Assembly: GCA_024704765.1 (NCBI GenBank) | Contig: JAKMXF010000188.1 | Location: forward strand, 553,015 to 617,014 | From: Oopsacas minuta | Lineage: Eukaryota; Animalia; Porifera | Length of the DNA stretch: 64,000 bases | Reading direction: 5' to 3' | Shown here: positions 62,953-64,000 of the stretch, piece after piece | How the letters are laid out: each line of letters opens with the position of its first letter | How positions within the stretch are numbered: the stretch's first letter is position 1 | Program-made: the position numbers and the translations under genes | The notes under the pieces: generated by a model | The model's database searches: none | Seen by the model: the letters and a program-made list of their open reading frames with translations, nothing else | What the model was told of the DNA's origin: nothing

Positions 62953-64000
62953 ATGGATCTAAATGAGTATGTTGTTATTGAAGATTCCTTGAATCTGCGA
63001 AGGTATCCGCTCAATTCAACCAAAAATATCAAAAGAGGATTTTTAATTTTCTACTCTTTGGGGTAATAAAAAGTACAAATTATTCAATAAAAGTTCTACT
63101 CCCAGTGATACAACAACTATTAACTATTTCAAATGCTCCAAACCGTTCTGGAATGCAAATCCTGGATGTGGGAACTGAATCATTTTCGTCATTACAATCA
63201 CTAGAAGATATCTGCGTTGAATGAGGTGGGGAATACAGCGGAGTAAAGCTTGTCAACACTTGTCCCTTTGATAACATCATCACTATCCTAAGTATCCATC
63301 TGAAAACTATCTTGACTTCATTTGAGTTAGACTGCACTTCCGTTTCAGAAGATTTGGAAACGACTATGATTAAGGCTCGAAGTTTCAACCAATTAAGATG
63401 TTGGTTTGCACCTATACTAAATATCAAACTAGTTGATTCTCGTTACGATTTTATTGGGTACTAGAGATGTGTAACAAAACTATTGAAAGATCTACACTTG
63501 TGTTGTAATTTTTACCAAATTGAATTCCAGTGCTGGAGCTGTTCTTGTTGTTTTTCTGAAAGGAAAATTGACATATCTTCAATATACAACTTTACAAAAG
63601 GTTATCAGATGAGTATAGACACTCAAATCTCTTTAGCCTATCACTGCCTGAAATGTAGAGATGTTAGTGCAAACATTGAAGATATTTCTCATGTATTTAT
63701 AAGGATACCAACTGTCTTAATTGTTGAAGTTGGACACCTCAATGCGAAGCAACCTATCCAACCAATTCAAATCGATGATATTTTATCCCTAAAGCACAAA
63801 AACTACCGTCTATAATATAGTGTGATTGGCTACACTATCCATGCTAGACTACACTTTAACATGCGGATAACTTATGATGATATATGGTATAGTTATGATG
63901 GAATGGAACATCCTAAGATAGTTAAAACGAACAAATGTAGCGACATAACTTTAGGACTTATTTACTGTATCTTTTGTGTACTAACATCTATATACCCAAT
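62953..64000 (+). pseudogene. USP/peptidase-C19-like cysteine protease remnant
   Basis: One frame gives (W>*)GGEYSGVKLVNTCPFDN (Cys at 63261-63263), then C..C zinc pairs, PTVLIVEV, YRL*YSVIG, LHF (His at 63852) and WYSYDG (Asp at 63897). In-frame stops at 63222, 63462 and 63813; probable frameshift near 62990. The frame is still open at the window end. Confidence 0.62.

Overview
AT-rich, intron-containing eukaryotic DNA. The gene content and repeat landscape suggest a basal invertebrate, most likely a sponge; this is inference and the species cannot be proven from the sequence. Two long multi-exon genes for type-I membrane proteins converge tail to tail and occupy most of the window. (1) Plus strand 4752-16467, 13 exons, about 1335 aa: signal peptide, four [C-type lectin + Ig-like] pairs, three FN3, transmembrane helix and short tail. 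All introns are phase 1 and the lectin sugar motifs are QPD/QPN/QPN/EPN. (2) Minus strand 51671-16830, 20 exons whose phases all join up by hand, about 5103 aa: signal peptide, vitellogenin/large-lipid-transfer-like N-terminus, degenerate M23/LECT2-like module, PAN/apple, many FN3-like repeats, ConA/GH16-like domain, cadherin-like, two EGF, transmembrane helix and a PDZ-type ETLF end. The right end is an accessory zone bracketed by two ~735-bp direct repeats. It holds a decayed 4.07-kb Ginger2/TDD-type DNA transposon whose integrase frame is preceded by a canonical 2A/StopGo motif (LLLLSGDIELNPG/P), and an intronless NHL-propeller gene split by a single TGA in a UGA-CUA readthrough-type context. 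A USP-like protease pseudogene follows at the far right, and a decayed PIKK kinase fragment sits at the far left. Introns are full of Tc1/pogo-, hAT- and Helitron-type non-autonomous elements. No rRNA, tRNA or CRISPR array was found. All alignments and identities are by eye; no database search was run.
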